From Actinomycetota bacterium (GTDB lineage Bacteria > Actinomycetota > Acidimicrobiia > Acidimicrobiales > Ilumatobacteraceae), in the NCBI GenBank assembly GCA_009924875.1, contig RFQQ01000001.1, forward strand, positions 1 to 48,847: a DNA stretch of 48,847 nt. Direction: 5' to 3'. The notes beneath the pieces are model-generated. The model made no database searches, was not told the DNA's origin, and saw only the letters and a list, made by a program, of their open reading frames with translations. The position numbers were made by a program, and so were the translations under genes. The first letter of the stretch is position 1. Each line of letters opens with the position of its first letter. Shown in pieces: positions 16,476 to 29,195 of this stretch.

Positions 16476-17776
16476 GTGCCGGCGCGTCGGGCTCGAGCAG
16501 CGTGCTGCTCGCGGGTGGGACCGTGATCGACGTCGGGGGTGAACGTCGAGTGGACGTCCTCGTCGCGAACGGCGTGATCGCCGAGGTCGGAGAGCATCTC
16601 GAGTCGGGCACCGCTCAGGTGATCGACGTCAGCGGGCTCATCGTCGCTCCGGGATTCGTCGATCTTCACACCCATCTACGCGAACCCGGCATGACCGAGG
16701 CGGAGACGATCGAGACGGGTTCCCGCGCCGCAGCCCTCGGTGGCTACACCGCGGTCGTCGCGATGCCGAACACCGATCCGACGCAGGACTGTGTGAGCGT
16801 CGTCGACTTCGTGCGGGCCGAGGGTCGTCGAGCCGGGCTCTGCGACGTGCACCCATCCGCCTCCATCACCGTCGGTCGCGCCGGCGAACGCCTCGTGCCG
16901 TTCGCCGAGCTCGCCGAAGCGGGGGTGCGGCTCTTCACCGACGACGGGAGCGGAGTTCAAGACGATGGGCTCATGCGTCGAGCCCTCGAATACGCGGGCG
17001 AACTCGGGCTCACCTTGGCTCAGCACTGTGAGGTGTCATCGCTCACCACCGGTGCCGTTATGCACGAAGGGGAGTGCTGTTCGCATCTCGGGCTTCCCGG
17101 CTGGCCGGCCCTCGCCGAGGAACTCATGGTGCACCGCGATATCGAGCTGGTCAGGCTCACGGGCTCGCCGGTCCATTTGCTCCACCTGTCCACGGCGCGA
17201 AGTGTCGAGCTCGTGCGGGCAGCCAAGGCCGATGGGCTCCCGGTCACCGCGGAGGCGACCCCGCACCACATCAGCCTGACCGACGAGCGGCTTCGCGGCT
17301 TTGATCCGCTGTTCAAGGTCAACCCACCACTGCGCACCATGAATGATGTTGAGGCGGTGCGTCGCGGTCTTGCCGACGGCACGATCGACGCCATCGCCAC
17401 CGATCACGCGCCCCATCCCGGTCATGCCAAGGAACGGCCCCTCGATGCGGCTCCCCCCGGCATGCTCGGACTGGAGACCGCCTTTGGCGTGGCGCGCTCG
17501 CACCTCGACCTCCCACTTCACGATCTGATCGCTCTCCTGTCATGGAGGCCGGCGGCGATCGCGGGTCTTGGTCACCTTCATGGCCGGCCGGTCGAGGTGG
17601 GAGAGCCGGCGAACCTCACCGTGATCGACCCCTCGGTGGAATGGACCGTTGATCCGGACGCGTTGGCGAGCCGGAGTTCGAATACCCCCTATCGGGACGT
17701 GCCGCTCGTCGGGCGGCCGCGTCACACTTTCCTCCGCGGCGAAGCCGTGGTTCGCGATGGAGTAGCGACGAGATGA
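16472..17776 (+). CDS. pyrC: Dihydroorotase
   Basis: 434 aa. GFVDLHTHLREPG (HxH metal site) and ATDHAPH. 4-nt overlaps on both sides. Confidence 0.92.
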   Translation: MSAGASGSSSVLLAGGTVIDVGGERRVDVLVANGVIAEVGEHLESGTAQVIDVSGLIVAPGFVDLHTHLREPGMTEAETIETGSRAAALGGYTAVVAMPNTDPTQDCVSVVDFVRAEGRRAGLCDVHPSASITVGRAGERLVPFAELAEAGVRLFTDDGSGVQDDGLMRRALEYAGELGLTLAQHCEVSSLTTGAVMHEGECCSHLGLPGWPALAEELMVHRDIELVRLTGSPVHLLHLSTARSVELVRAAKADGLPVTAEATPHHISLTDERLRGFDPLFKVNPPLRTMNDVEAVRRGLADGTIDAIATDHAPHPGHAKERPLDAAPPGMLGLETAFGVARSHLDLPLHDLIALLSWRPAAIAGLGHLHGRPVEVGEPANLTVIDPSVEWTVDPDALASRSSNTPYRDVPLVGRPRHTFLRGEAVVRDGVATR

Positions 17777-18878
17777 CCGGACAGCACAACGAAGGTCTGC
17801 GCGAGGGCGCCCTAGTACTCGCCGATGGCAGCGTGTTCGAGGGCGAACTGATCGGAGCACCCGCCGAGATCGCGAGCGGTGAGGTCGTGTTCAACACGGC
17901 GCTCTCCGGGTATCAGGAGATCATCACCGATCCGAGCTACGCCGGCCAGATGGTCACCTTCACCTACCCGCACATCGGCAACTACGGGATCAACACGGTC
18001 GACGCCGAGTCGAAGGGCGCAGCCTGCCGAGGCGTCATCGTCCGTGATCTGGCGCGCCGCCACTCCAACCACCGTGCCGAACTCGGACTGGGTGAGCATC
18101 TGGCGGCGCTCGGCACGCCGGGTATCGCCGGCGTCGACACCCGGCGTTTGACCCGGATCCTTCGCGACTCGGGCGCGGTGCCGGGTGCGTTCGGCTCGGC
18201 GAGTGAGGCTGAACTTCTCGAAGCTGCTCGTTCAGAGCGGGGAACCGATGGCATCGACTTGGTTTCGACGGTCACCACCGATCAGCCGTACTCGCTCGGC
18301 TCCGAGGCCTCGCGACGGATCGTCGCCCTCGACTTCGGCGTGAAGACCACGATTCTGCGGTGTCTCACCGAATTCGGATCGGTCGAGGTGCTCCCCGCGT
18401 CGACCTCGGCCGCTGAGGTGCTCGCGAGAGGCGCCGACGGTGTGTTCCTCTCGAATGGACCCGGTGACCCCGGCATGCTCGACCACCTCGTGGAGACCGT
18501 CTCGGGGCTCATCGGCCAGGTGCCGATATTCGGCATCTGCCTTGGCCACCAGATCCTCGGTCGCGCGCTCGGCGCGCCCACGGTGAAGCTGCCCTTCGGG
18601 CATCACGGCGGCAACCATCCCGTGAAAGATCTTCTGACCGGACGGATCGAGATCACCTCGCAGAACCACAACTTCGCGGTCGATGCCGACGCCTTCGCCG
18701 GGCTCGGCCGACCGGTTCGAATGACCCACGTGAACTTGAACGACGGCGTGTGCGAGGGGCTCGAGGTGATCGGGGAGCGGTGCTTCTCGGTGCAGCACCA
18801 CCCAGAGGCGGGACCGGGACCACACGACAGTCGACATCTGTTCGAACGGTTCGCCGAGATGATGGACGGGGCCCGCTG

Positions 18879-18879
<1 letters not shown>
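17773..18879 (+). CDS. carA: Carbamoyl-phosphate synthase small (glutaminase) subunit
   Basis: 368 aa. [18 protein letters not shown] (catalytic Cys), [14 protein letters not shown]. Confidence 0.94.
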
Positions 18880-22145
<3,266 letters not shown>

Positions 22146-22228
22146 GTCGGCTGGGACGCCGACGCGGCGGGGCGATCCACCCCGGGGGTGCTGGTCCGGT
22201 CGCGGGCGCTTCCGCAATAGATGCGGCG

Positions 22229-23128
22229 GTGACCGTCGGCTCGGTTCGTCTGCGGTCAGCGGTCATGACCGCATCGGGTACCGCGGGTTACGGCGCCGAA
22301 CTCGCTCCTTTCGTCGACCTGTCGACGCTCGGCGCGGTCGTCACGAAGTCGCTGGCCCCCTACGACTGGCCAGGGAATCCAGCGCCGAGGCTTCATCCAG
22401 TGCACGCCGGCATGATGAACGCGGTTGGTCTGCAGGGCCCGGGAGTGGCCGCCTGGCTCGCTGATGCCCTACCCAGTCTTCTCGAGACGGGAGCGCACGT
22501 TGTCTGCAGCATCTGGGGGCGCTCCGTCGAGGACTACCGCCGGGCAGCGGAGATGCTGGCGGACGCTCCGGGTGAGGTCGTCGCCGTCGAGGTCAACCTG
22601 TCGTGTCCCAATCTGGAGGGGCGAGGCGGGATCTTCGCCCACGACGCCGATCTGTCCGCTGAGGTGCTCGCGGCAACGGAGAGCTGCGGACGCCCGCGTT
22701 GGGCGAAGTTGAGTCCCAATACCGACCGGATCGTCGAGGTGGCACGCGCGGTAACCGACTCGGGTGCTGAGGCTCTCACCCTGGTGAACACCCTGCTCGG
22801 TCTCGCTCTCGATCCGACCACCCTCCGGCCGGCGCTCGGCAATGGGGGAGGTGGCCTCTCTGGCCCGGCGATTCATCCTGTCGCGGTTCGCGCTGTGGCG
22901 GACGTTCGATCCGCCCTTCCTGACGTGCCCATCGTCGGAGCCGGAGGCATCGCGAGCACCTTTGACGCCATCGAGTTGATGGCGGTCGGCGCATCCGCGG
23001 TGCAGATCGGGACGGCGCTCTTCGCCGATCCACGGGTACTCGCTCGAGTCCGCGATGGCCTGATCGATGAGGCGCATCGCCGTGGTCTTCCGTCGGTGTC
23101 GGCCTTCACCGATCTGGCCGCGCGTTGA
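22229..23128 (+). CDS. pyrD: Dihydroorotate dehydrogenase, class 1 type
   Basis: MTASGTAGYG, MNAVGLQGPG, VNLSCPN (class-1 catalytic Cys), GGGLSGPAI, IVGAGGI. The start is ambiguous. GTG 22229 gives a typical 299 aa; GTG 22142 (GTGA with the carB stop) would add a low-complexity 29 aa. Confidence 0.85.
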   Translation: MTVGSVRLRSAVMTASGTAGYGAELAPFVDLSTLGAVVTKSLAPYDWPGNPAPRLHPVHAGMMNAVGLQGPGVAAWLADALPSLLETGAHVVCSIWGRSVEDYRRAAEMLADAPGEVVAVEVNLSCPNLEGRGGIFAHDADLSAEVLAATESCGRPRWAKLSPNTDRIVEVARAVTDSGAEALTLVNTLLGLALDPTTLRPALGNGGGGLSGPAIHPVAVRAVADVRSALPDVPIVGAGGIASTFDAIELMAVGASAVQIGTALFADPRVLARVRDGLIDEAHRRGLPSVSAFTDLAAR

Positions 23129-23172
23129 CGGGTATTCGCAGTCGGCGACCCACGTCGTTGTAGCGTTTGGCC

Positions 23173-23484
23173 ATGGCGACTCCTCCGGCACTCACACCCG
23201 AGCAGCGCAGAGCAGCGCTCGAGAAGGCCGCGGCCGCTCGCACAGCGAGGGCCGAGGTGAAGGCGAGACTCAAGATGGGGTCGCTCTCACTCTCTCAGGC
23301 ATTGGCCTCCGATGACGTCCACATCGCCAAGATGAAGGTTGTGGCCCTCCTTGAGGCCCTGCCCAAGGTCGGCAAGGTGAAGGCGCGCCGGATCATGGAC
23401 GAGGTCGGAATCGCCGACAACCGTCGAATTCAGGGTCTCGGAGCGCAGCAGCGCGCCGCCCTGCTCGAGCGCCTTGACTCCTGA
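23173..23484 (+). CDS. mihF: Actinobacterial integration host factor
   Basis: PALTPEQRRAALEKAAAARTARAEVKARLK...VKARRIMDEVGIADNRRIQGLG matches mIHF proteins as I recall them. I use ATG 23173; TTG 23167 is the track start. Confidence 0.85.
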   Translation: MATPPALTPEQRRAALEKAAAARTARAEVKARLKMGSLSLSQALASDDVHIAKMKVVALLEALPKVGKVKARRIMDEVGIADNRRIQGLGAQQRAALLERLDS

Positions 23485-24031
23485 CCCACTGGTCGTCGTC
23501 GTCTCCGGACCCGGAGGGGTCGGCAAGGGGACCATCGTCGACCTTCTGGTGGAGCGTGACCGCAGGCTGTGGCTGTCGAGATCGTGGACCACGAGGGAGC
23601 GTCGGGACGGTGAGGCCGAGGATGCCTACGTCTTCACCGACGGTCAGAGTTTTGAACGTCGCATCTCCGAGGGGGGATTCCTCGAATGGACCGAGTTCCT
23701 CGGCAACTACTACGGGACGCCGACCCCGGACACCTCGAGTCTCGACGGCCGTGACCTCGTGCTCGAGATCGAGCTCGACGGCGCGCGACAGGTCAAGGAG
23801 CAGCACCCCGACGCAATCCTGATCTTCGTGTTGCCTCCCTCCCGTGACGAGCAGGAACGACGCCTTCGGGGACGTGGGGACCCGAACGACAAGGTCTTCG
23901 CCCGCCTGCGCAAAGCCGAGCTCGAGGAGCCCATCGGCATCTCGATCGCCGATCACGTCGTGGTGAACGATGACCTGAGCACCACGGTCGAAGCGATGAT
24001 GGCAATCATCGAATCGGCACGGAGCCGGTAG
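23474..24031 (+). CDS. gmk: Guanylate kinase
   Basis: 185 aa. P-loop SGPGGVGKGT, SWTTRERRDGE, NYYGT. The TTG start overlaps the end of mihF by 11 nt. Confidence 0.9.
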   Translation: MTPDPLVVVVSGPGGVGKGTIVDLLVERDRRLWLSRSWTTRERRDGEAEDAYVFTDGQSFERRISEGGFLEWTEFLGNYYGTPTPDTSSLDGRDLVLEIELDGARQVKEQHPDAILIFVLPPSRDEQERRLRGRGDPNDKVFARLRKAELEEPIGISIADHVVVNDDLSTTVEAMMAIIESARSR

Positions 24032-24063
24032 GCTCCCCCCGCCCACCAGCACGAGGAGTTTCC

Positions 24064-24375
24064 ATGCCCCAGTCGCACGACACCATGATGAGCCCGCCGA
24101 TCGAGAACCTGCTCGGTCGCGTCGACTCGAAGTTCTCCCTGGTCACGCTGGCTGCCCGACGGGCGCGGAACATCAACTCCTACTTCAACCAGCTCGGCGA
24201 TGGTCTCGGCCACATGGTGCCGCCGCAGGTCTCGTCCACCGCTCGCAAGCCCCTCAGCTTGGCCTTCGAAGAGATCGACGCCGACAAGATCGTGTGGGCG
24301 GAGCCGGTCGAGGAGGTCGCTGAGGAGTTGTCGCTCCCCGTCGGTGAGGGTTTCGCCGACGACGACGCCGGCTGA
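24064..24375 (+). CDS. rpoZ: DNA-directed RNA polymerase subunit omega
   Basis: 103 aa. PPIENLLGRVDSKFSLVTLAARRARNIN, typical of RpoZ. Confidence 0.9.
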   Translation: MPQSHDTMMSPPIENLLGRVDSKFSLVTLAARRARNINSYFNQLGDGLGHMVPPQVSSTARKPLSLAFEEIDADKIVWAEPVEEVAEELSLPVGEGFADDDAG

Positions 24376-24382
24376 TCCGGTC

Positions 24383-25579
24383 ATGCTCGCCGGCCGGAGG
24401 ATCGTCCTCGGCGTCAGCGGGGGTATCGCCGCCTACAAGTCCGTCGAACTCTGTCGTCGCCTCGTTGACGCTGGAGCTCATGTCACGCCCGTCCTCACCG
24501 AAGGGGCGCTCCGATTCGTCGGCCGAACGACCTTCGACGCGCTCGCCAGCGAACGGGCGCTGGTCTCGCTCTGGGAGGGAGACCAGCGGATACCCCACAC
24601 CGAACTTGGTCGGCGCGCTGACCTCGTCGTCGTCGCCCCCGCCACGGCGCGAGTGGTGGGCGCGCTCGCGAACGGACTGTCGACGGACGTCCTCACCAAC
24701 GTGTTGATCGCGACCCGCGCTCCCGTCGTGGTGTGCCCCGCCATGCACACCGAGATGTGGGAGCACCCAGCGGTCGTCGCGAACATCGCGACCTTGCGCT
24801 CGCGTGGAGTGACGATCGTCGATCCCGAGGCTGGCCGCCTCGCGGGCGGGGATGTTGGAGTGGGGCGTCTCGCCAATACCGAGTCGATCCTTGCCGCGAT
24901 CGAGTCAACGCTGGCGGGTTCGGGTGATCTAGCCGGTCGCCGGGTGGTGGTGACCGCCGGCGGAACCCGGGAGCCGATCGACGCGGTGCGAGTTATCGCG
25001 AACCGGAGCTCGGGGCGACAGGGCCACGCCATCGCGGCCGATGCGATTCGACGTGGAGCGGAGGTCGTGCTGATCACGGCGGCCGACACATCCGTTCCCG
25101 AGGGGTGCACCATCGTGAAGGTGGAGACCGCCGAGCAGATGGGCGCCGCACTCGACGCGCATGCCCCGACCGCCGATGTGGTGGTCATGGCTGCGGCGGT
25201 CGCCGACTTCCGGCCGGTGCTGGTCTCGAAGGGTAAGCACAAGAAGGCCGATGGGCCGCCTGCGATCGAACTTGAGCCGACCCCTGATCTCTTGGCCGCC
25301 CTCGGCGCGACGAAGCGTCCCGGTCAGATCCTTGTCGGCTTCGCGGCCGAGACCGACGACCTCCTCGAGAACGCTCGAAAGAAGCTGGCCTCGAAGTCCC
25401 TCGACCTCATCGTGGCCAACGATGTCTCGGCCCCGGATGTCGGTTTCTCTCACGTCACCAACGCGGTCACGATTCTCGACTCGGAGGGTGGGGCAGAGGA
25501 GACCGGGCTGCTCTCCAAGGCGGAGATCGCCACCCGCGTGATCGACCGCGTGGCTAGGCTCCTCACCGCGGTGCGCTGA
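24383..25579 (+). CDS. coaBC: Bifunctional phosphopantothenoylcysteine decarboxylase / phosphopantothenate-cysteine ligase
   Basis: 398 aa from ATG 24383 (MLAGRRIVLGVSGGIAAYK). PAMHTEMW, VTAGGTREPIDAVRVIANRSSG, AAAVADF. The track ORF start at 24200 lies inside rpoZ. Confidence 0.92.
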   Translation: MLAGRRIVLGVSGGIAAYKSVELCRRLVDAGAHVTPVLTEGALRFVGRTTFDALASERALVSLWEGDQRIPHTELGRRADLVVVAPATARVVGALANGLSTDVLTNVLIATRAPVVVCPAMHTEMWEHPAVVANIATLRSRGVTIVDPEAGRLAGGDVGVGRLANTESILAAIESTLAGSGDLAGRRVVVTAGGTREPIDAVRVIANRSSGRQGHAIAADAIRRGAEVVLITAADTSVPEGCTIVKVETAEQMGAALDAHAPTADVVVMAAAVADFRPVLVSKGKHKKADGPPAIELEPTPDLLAALGATKRPGQILVGFAAETDDLLENARKKLASKSLDLIVANDVSAPDVGFSHVTNAVTILDSEGGAEETGLLSKAEIATRVIDRVARLLTAVR

Positions 25580-25660
25580 GCAGAGGCTCCACGCGTCGGC
25601 CGGTCCGTCCGGCTCACAGCACTAAAGAGACCTGCACCCGAGATCACACGAGGAGCGATC

Positions 25661-26848
25661 GTGGCACGTTGGACATTTACCTCTGAGAGCGTCACCGAGG
25701 GCCACCCCGACAAAGTGGCCGACCAAGTCAGCGACGCGATCCTCGACGCGATCCTGACCGAGGATCCGAAGGGGCGAGTCGCCTGCGAGACGATGGTCAC
25801 GACCGGGCTCTGCGTAGTAGCTGGCGAAATCACGACCTCCGCCTATGTCGAGATCCCGAGGATCGTCCGAAAGACGATCAAGGACATTGGGTACGACGAC
25901 GCGAGTGCTGGTTTCGACGGCGACACCTGCGGTGTGATCGTGTCGATCGACGACCAGAGCGGTGACATCGCCCAAGGCGTTGACTCCTCCGAGGAGACCC
26001 GCTCGAAGGGCTCGGTAGAGGACGAGCTCGACCGGCAGGGCGCCGGCGATCAAGGGATGATGTTCGGCTTCGCTTGCGACGAGACCCCTGACCTCATGCC
26101 GCTCCCCATCTGGACGGCTCACCGGCTCGCTGAGCGCCTCGCCCACGTCCGTCATCACGGACAGGTTCCGTATCTCCGTCCCGACGGCAAGACCCAGGTC
26201 ACGTTCGAGTACGAGGATGGCGTTCCGGTTGCGATCCGCAATGTCGTGCTCAGCACCCAGCATCAAGATGGCATCGACCGCGACACCGTGATCCGGCCCG
26301 ACATGATCGAACAGGTCATCACTCCGGTCATCCCTGAGCAGTTCGCTGATGACGACTACGAGATCTTCGTGAACCCGACCGGCCGCTTCGTCACGGGCGG
26401 ACCCCAGGGGGACTGCGGCCTCACCGGCCGGAAGATCATCGTCGACACCTACGGCGGAATGGGTCGGCACGGTGGCGGCGCGTTCAGCGGCAAGGACCCG
26501 TCGAAGGTTGACCGTTCGGCCGCCTACGCCGCACGCTGGGTTGCCAAGCATGTGGTCGCGTCGGGCGCCGCCCGCCGCTGCGAGGTTCAGGTCGCGTACG
26601 CGATCGGCGTCGCGCACCCGATGAGCATCCTCGTGCAGACCTTCGGTACCGAGCAGGTCGATCCCATGAAGATCGAATCTGCGGTGTCTGAGGTCTTCGA
26701 CCTGCGCCCTGGTGCGATCATCCGGGACCTCGATCTCCTGAAGCCTGGCTATCTCCGGACGGCCGCCTACGGGCACTTCGGCCGACCCGGATTCAGCTGG
26801 GAGGAGTTGAGCCGTCTCGACGACTTCTCCTCGGCCGTCGGCCTCTGA
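25661..26848 (+). CDS. metK: S-adenosylmethionine synthetase
   Basis: 395 aa. [47 protein letters not shown]. The GTG start is preceded by GAGGAG. Confidence 0.95.
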   Translation: MARWTFTSESVTEGHPDKVADQVSDAILDAILTEDPKGRVACETMVTTGLCVVAGEITTSAYVEIPRIVRKTIKDIGYDDASAGFDGDTCGVIVSIDDQSGDIAQGVDSSEETRSKGSVEDELDRQGAGDQGMMFGFACDETPDLMPLPIWTAHRLAERLAHVRHHGQVPYLRPDGKTQVTFEYEDGVPVAIRNVVLSTQHQDGIDRDTVIRPDMIEQVITPVIPEQFADDDYEIFVNPTGRFVTGGPQGDCGLTGRKIIVDTYGGMGRHGGGAFSGKDPSKVDRSAAYAARWVAKHVVASGAARRCEVQVAYAIGVAHPMSILVQTFGTEQVDPMKIESAVSEVFDLRPGAIIRDLDLLKPGYLRTAAYGHFGRPGFSWEELSRLDDFSSAVGL

Positions 26849-26854
26849 GCCGAC

Positions 26855-28600
26855 GTGGGGTCGGGGGCCCTCTCGGTGCCGGTGGTCCGGGTCCTGCCCG
26901 ACCGCACCGGGCCCGATAAGCCCTTCGACTACCGCTGGCCACACTCGGTTGACGATCCAACGAGCCTGCTCGGCACGCGGGTCAGAATCGATCTCCACGG
27001 CCGCAGGGTTGGTGGATGGGTGGTCGATGTCGCCGAGAGCGATGCACGCCCCTCCGATGGGCTGAAGACCGTCGCCGTGGTGTCGGGACTCGGCCCGCCC
27101 GCGGAGATGATTGATCTGGCGGGCTGGGCGGCCGACCGTTGGGCGGGGCGTCGGAGTCAGTTCCTGTCGACGGGCTCTCCGCCCCGCACGGTCCGCGCAG
27201 CCGGGTCTCCACGACGCACCGGAATGGCACCGCAACCGAACTCACCGGCCGCGGCCCGCCTGTTGGCCACTGGTGGGGGAGTGCTGCGGTTGCCTCCCGC
27301 GAGCGACCAACTGCCCGCGATCGCGAGTTGCCTCGCTCTCGGTCCGACGCTCGTCATCGTCCCCGGCCTGGACGAGGCCGCGATACTCGCGGCTCGCATC
27401 CGCCGAACAGGGGTGAGCGTCGCCCATCTTCCCGAACAGTGGTCGGAGGCCCGATCCGGGGTCGACCTAGTGATCGGCACGAGAACCGCGGCATGGGCGC
27501 CGGTTCCCGACCTCGCGGCCATCGTCGTACTCGATGAGCATGACGAACGGCTACAAGCGGAGCGGACGCCGTGTTGGCACGCGCGAGAAGTTGCCCTTGA
27601 ACGCGGTCGTCGGCTCGAGATACCCGTTCTGCTGGTCTCGCCGGTGCCGACCGTCGAGGCATCGGAGGGACGCGTGATCGAGCATCCTCCCGAGGACCGT
27701 GAACGTCGCGGCTGGCCGAAAGTCATCGTCGATGATCGCGGCGACGTCGAGCCGTGGCGTCGGTCGCTTCTCGGCTCGGAGTTGATCGCGGAACTCCGCG
27801 ACAGCGCTCGGACCGTCGTCTGCGTCATGAACGTCACGGGTCGCGCGCGCCGACTCGCCTGCCGGGGGTGCTCGGTGGTGTTGCGCTGCGAAGTGTGCGA
27901 AGCCGCCGTCTCCATCGCGGGTGAGGGCGGTCTCAGTTGCCCGTCGTGTGGTCATTCGCGACCTGAGGTGTGCGCGGCCTGCGGTTCGAGCGCGTTCGCG
28001 AACCTTCGCCCGGGGGTTCGGAGGCTTCGAGAGGAGATCGAGGCGGCGGCCGGGCGTCCGGTGATCGCGGTCGAAGGTGATGACCCCCATCGCTCGATCC
28101 ACGCACCGGGCACCCCGTCGGTCTTCGTCGGCACGGAGGCGGTGTTGCACCGAGTGACCGCCGCCGACACGGTTGCCTTTCTCGACATCGACGCCGAGTT
28201 GCTCGCGCCGAGATTCCGAGCGGGCGCCCAGGCGCTCGGGCTCGTTGCCCGGGGTGCGCGTTTGGTGGGAGGGGTGAATGACGGCGGACTCCTGATCCTC
28301 CAGACCAACAGCCCCGATCACCCGGTGATCCGTTCGATCGCCGAGGCAGACCCGTCGATCGCGCTTGAGGCTGACCGCGGTATCCGCGAGCAACTCGCCC
28401 TCCCGCCCTTCGGCGCGGTCGCACGGGCGACCGGAGCCGATGCGGAGCGTCTTGTCGCGTCGCTCCCCACCACGGTCGTCGCCGCTCCGTCCACGGACGG
28501 CTACGTGATTCGAGCGCGCAGCGTCGAGGAACTCACCGAAGCCTTGAGGGGGGCGGAACGGCCGACGGGAGTCAGGGTTCTCGTCGATCCCCAACGCTGA
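26855..28600 (+). CDS. priA: Primosomal protein N' (PriA) with degenerate ATPase motifs
   Basis: 581 aa. N-terminal DNA-binding region (FDYRWP), DExH-like VVLDEHDE, and a four-pair Cys zinc cluster CRGC...CEVC...CPSC...CAAC. There is no GxGKT Walker A anywhere in the protein. Confidence 0.8.
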   Translation: MGSGALSVPVVRVLPDRTGPDKPFDYRWPHSVDDPTSLLGTRVRIDLHGRRVGGWVVDVAESDARPSDGLKTVAVVSGLGPPAEMIDLAGWAADRWAGRRSQFLSTGSPPRTVRAAGSPRRTGMAPQPNSPAAARLLATGGGVLRLPPASDQLPAIASCLALGPTLVIVPGLDEAAILAARIRRTGVSVAHLPEQWSEARSGVDLVIGTRTAAWAPVPDLAAIVVLDEHDERLQAERTPCWHAREVALERGRRLEIPVLLVSPVPTVEASEGRVIEHPPEDRERRGWPKVIVDDRGDVEPWRRSLLGSELIAELRDSARTVVCVMNVTGRARRLACRGCSVVLRCEVCEAAVSIAGEGGLSCPSCGHSRPEVCAACGSSAFANLRPGVRRLREEIEAAAGRPVIAVEGDDPHRSIHAPGTPSVFVGTEAVLHRVTAADTVAFLDIDAELLAPRFRAGAQALGLVARGARLVGGVNDGGLLILQTNSPDHPVIRSIAEADPSIALEADRGIREQLALPPFGAVARATGADAERLVASLPTTVVAAPSTDGYVIRARSVEELTEALRGAERPTGVRVLVDPQR

Positions 28601-29174
28601 GCACGCGGAAGCCGCGGCGAGAGGTGACGCGGTCGACCGGGTGTCCCCGATCCGCCAGCCAGGCGCCAAGCGAGTCGGCTCCGAGATGTTTAGAGACCAC
28701 GAGGTGGGCCAGACCGTTCGGAGCCAGCCGGTCGAGCCAGTCCACGAGCATTGCTCGCATCTCCGCTTTGCCGACCCGCACCGGAGGGTTTGACCTGATC
28801 GCGGCGAAGCGGATATCGCCGGGCACCTCGCCGGGTGCGCAGACTTCGACGTTGCTCAGGCCGAGCCGTTCGGCATTCGCGATGGTCAGGTCCCTCGCTC
28901 TCCGGTTCACGTCGACCGCCCAGACCGTCGCGTGGGGACTCTGTCGGGCCATGACGAGAGCGATCGGCCCGTACCCGCAGCCGAGGTCGAGCAGTTCCCC
29001 TTCCAGTGGCGGGGGAGGAGACGAGTTGAGAAGCAGCGAGGTGGCCGCGTCGAGGCGACCGTGGCTAAAGACACCCGTGTCGGTGTCGAGGGAGAGCGAG
29101 ATGGCGCCGATCGTCACATCGATTCGACGGGGATCGCTCGCTACATCGGGATCCTCGTCGAAGTAGTGCGCCAT
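28572..29174 (-). CDS. Class I SAM-dependent (RsmC/RlmG-like small-domain) methyltransferase
   Basis: 200 aa from ATG 29174 (MAHYFDEDP). LLDLGCGYGPIAL (motif I) and IRSNPPVRVG (NPPx motif of N-methyltransferases). The longer track ORF (to 29801) is an antisense extension over def. Confidence 0.8.
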   Translation of the reverse strand: MAHYFDEDPDVASDPRRIDVTIGAISLSLDTDTGVFSHGRLDAATSLLLNSSPPPPLEGELLDLGCGYGPIALVMARQSPHATVWAVDVNRRARDLTIANAERLGLSNVEVCAPGEVPGDIRFAAIRSNPPVRVGKAEMRAMLVDWLDRLAPNGLAHLVVSKHLGADSLGAWLADRGHPVDRVTSRRGFRVLSVGDRREP

Positions 29175-29195
29175 CGCTTCGGTAGCCTGCCACCT

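Noticed and set aside
18750-18878. Upstream extensions of carB (from 18750), coaBC (from 24200), pyrD (from 22040), def (from 28932), the RsmC-like methyltransferase (to 29801), the mog-like gene (from 31570), the ATL gene (from 33092), the trmH-like gene (from 35146) and the DUF2332-like gene (to 48038)
   Set aside because: In every case the extension overlaps a well-supported neighbouring gene or is compositionally non-protein-like. A downstream start also reproduces the expected family N-terminus, usually with a 4-nt stop/start overlap.
25580-25660. Possible SAM riboswitch upstream of metK
   Set aside because: The gap is only 81 nt. It lacks the conserved SAM-I or SAM-IV core sequences I can recall. 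It contains only a short GCCGG/CCGGC hairpin and a GAGGAG SD.
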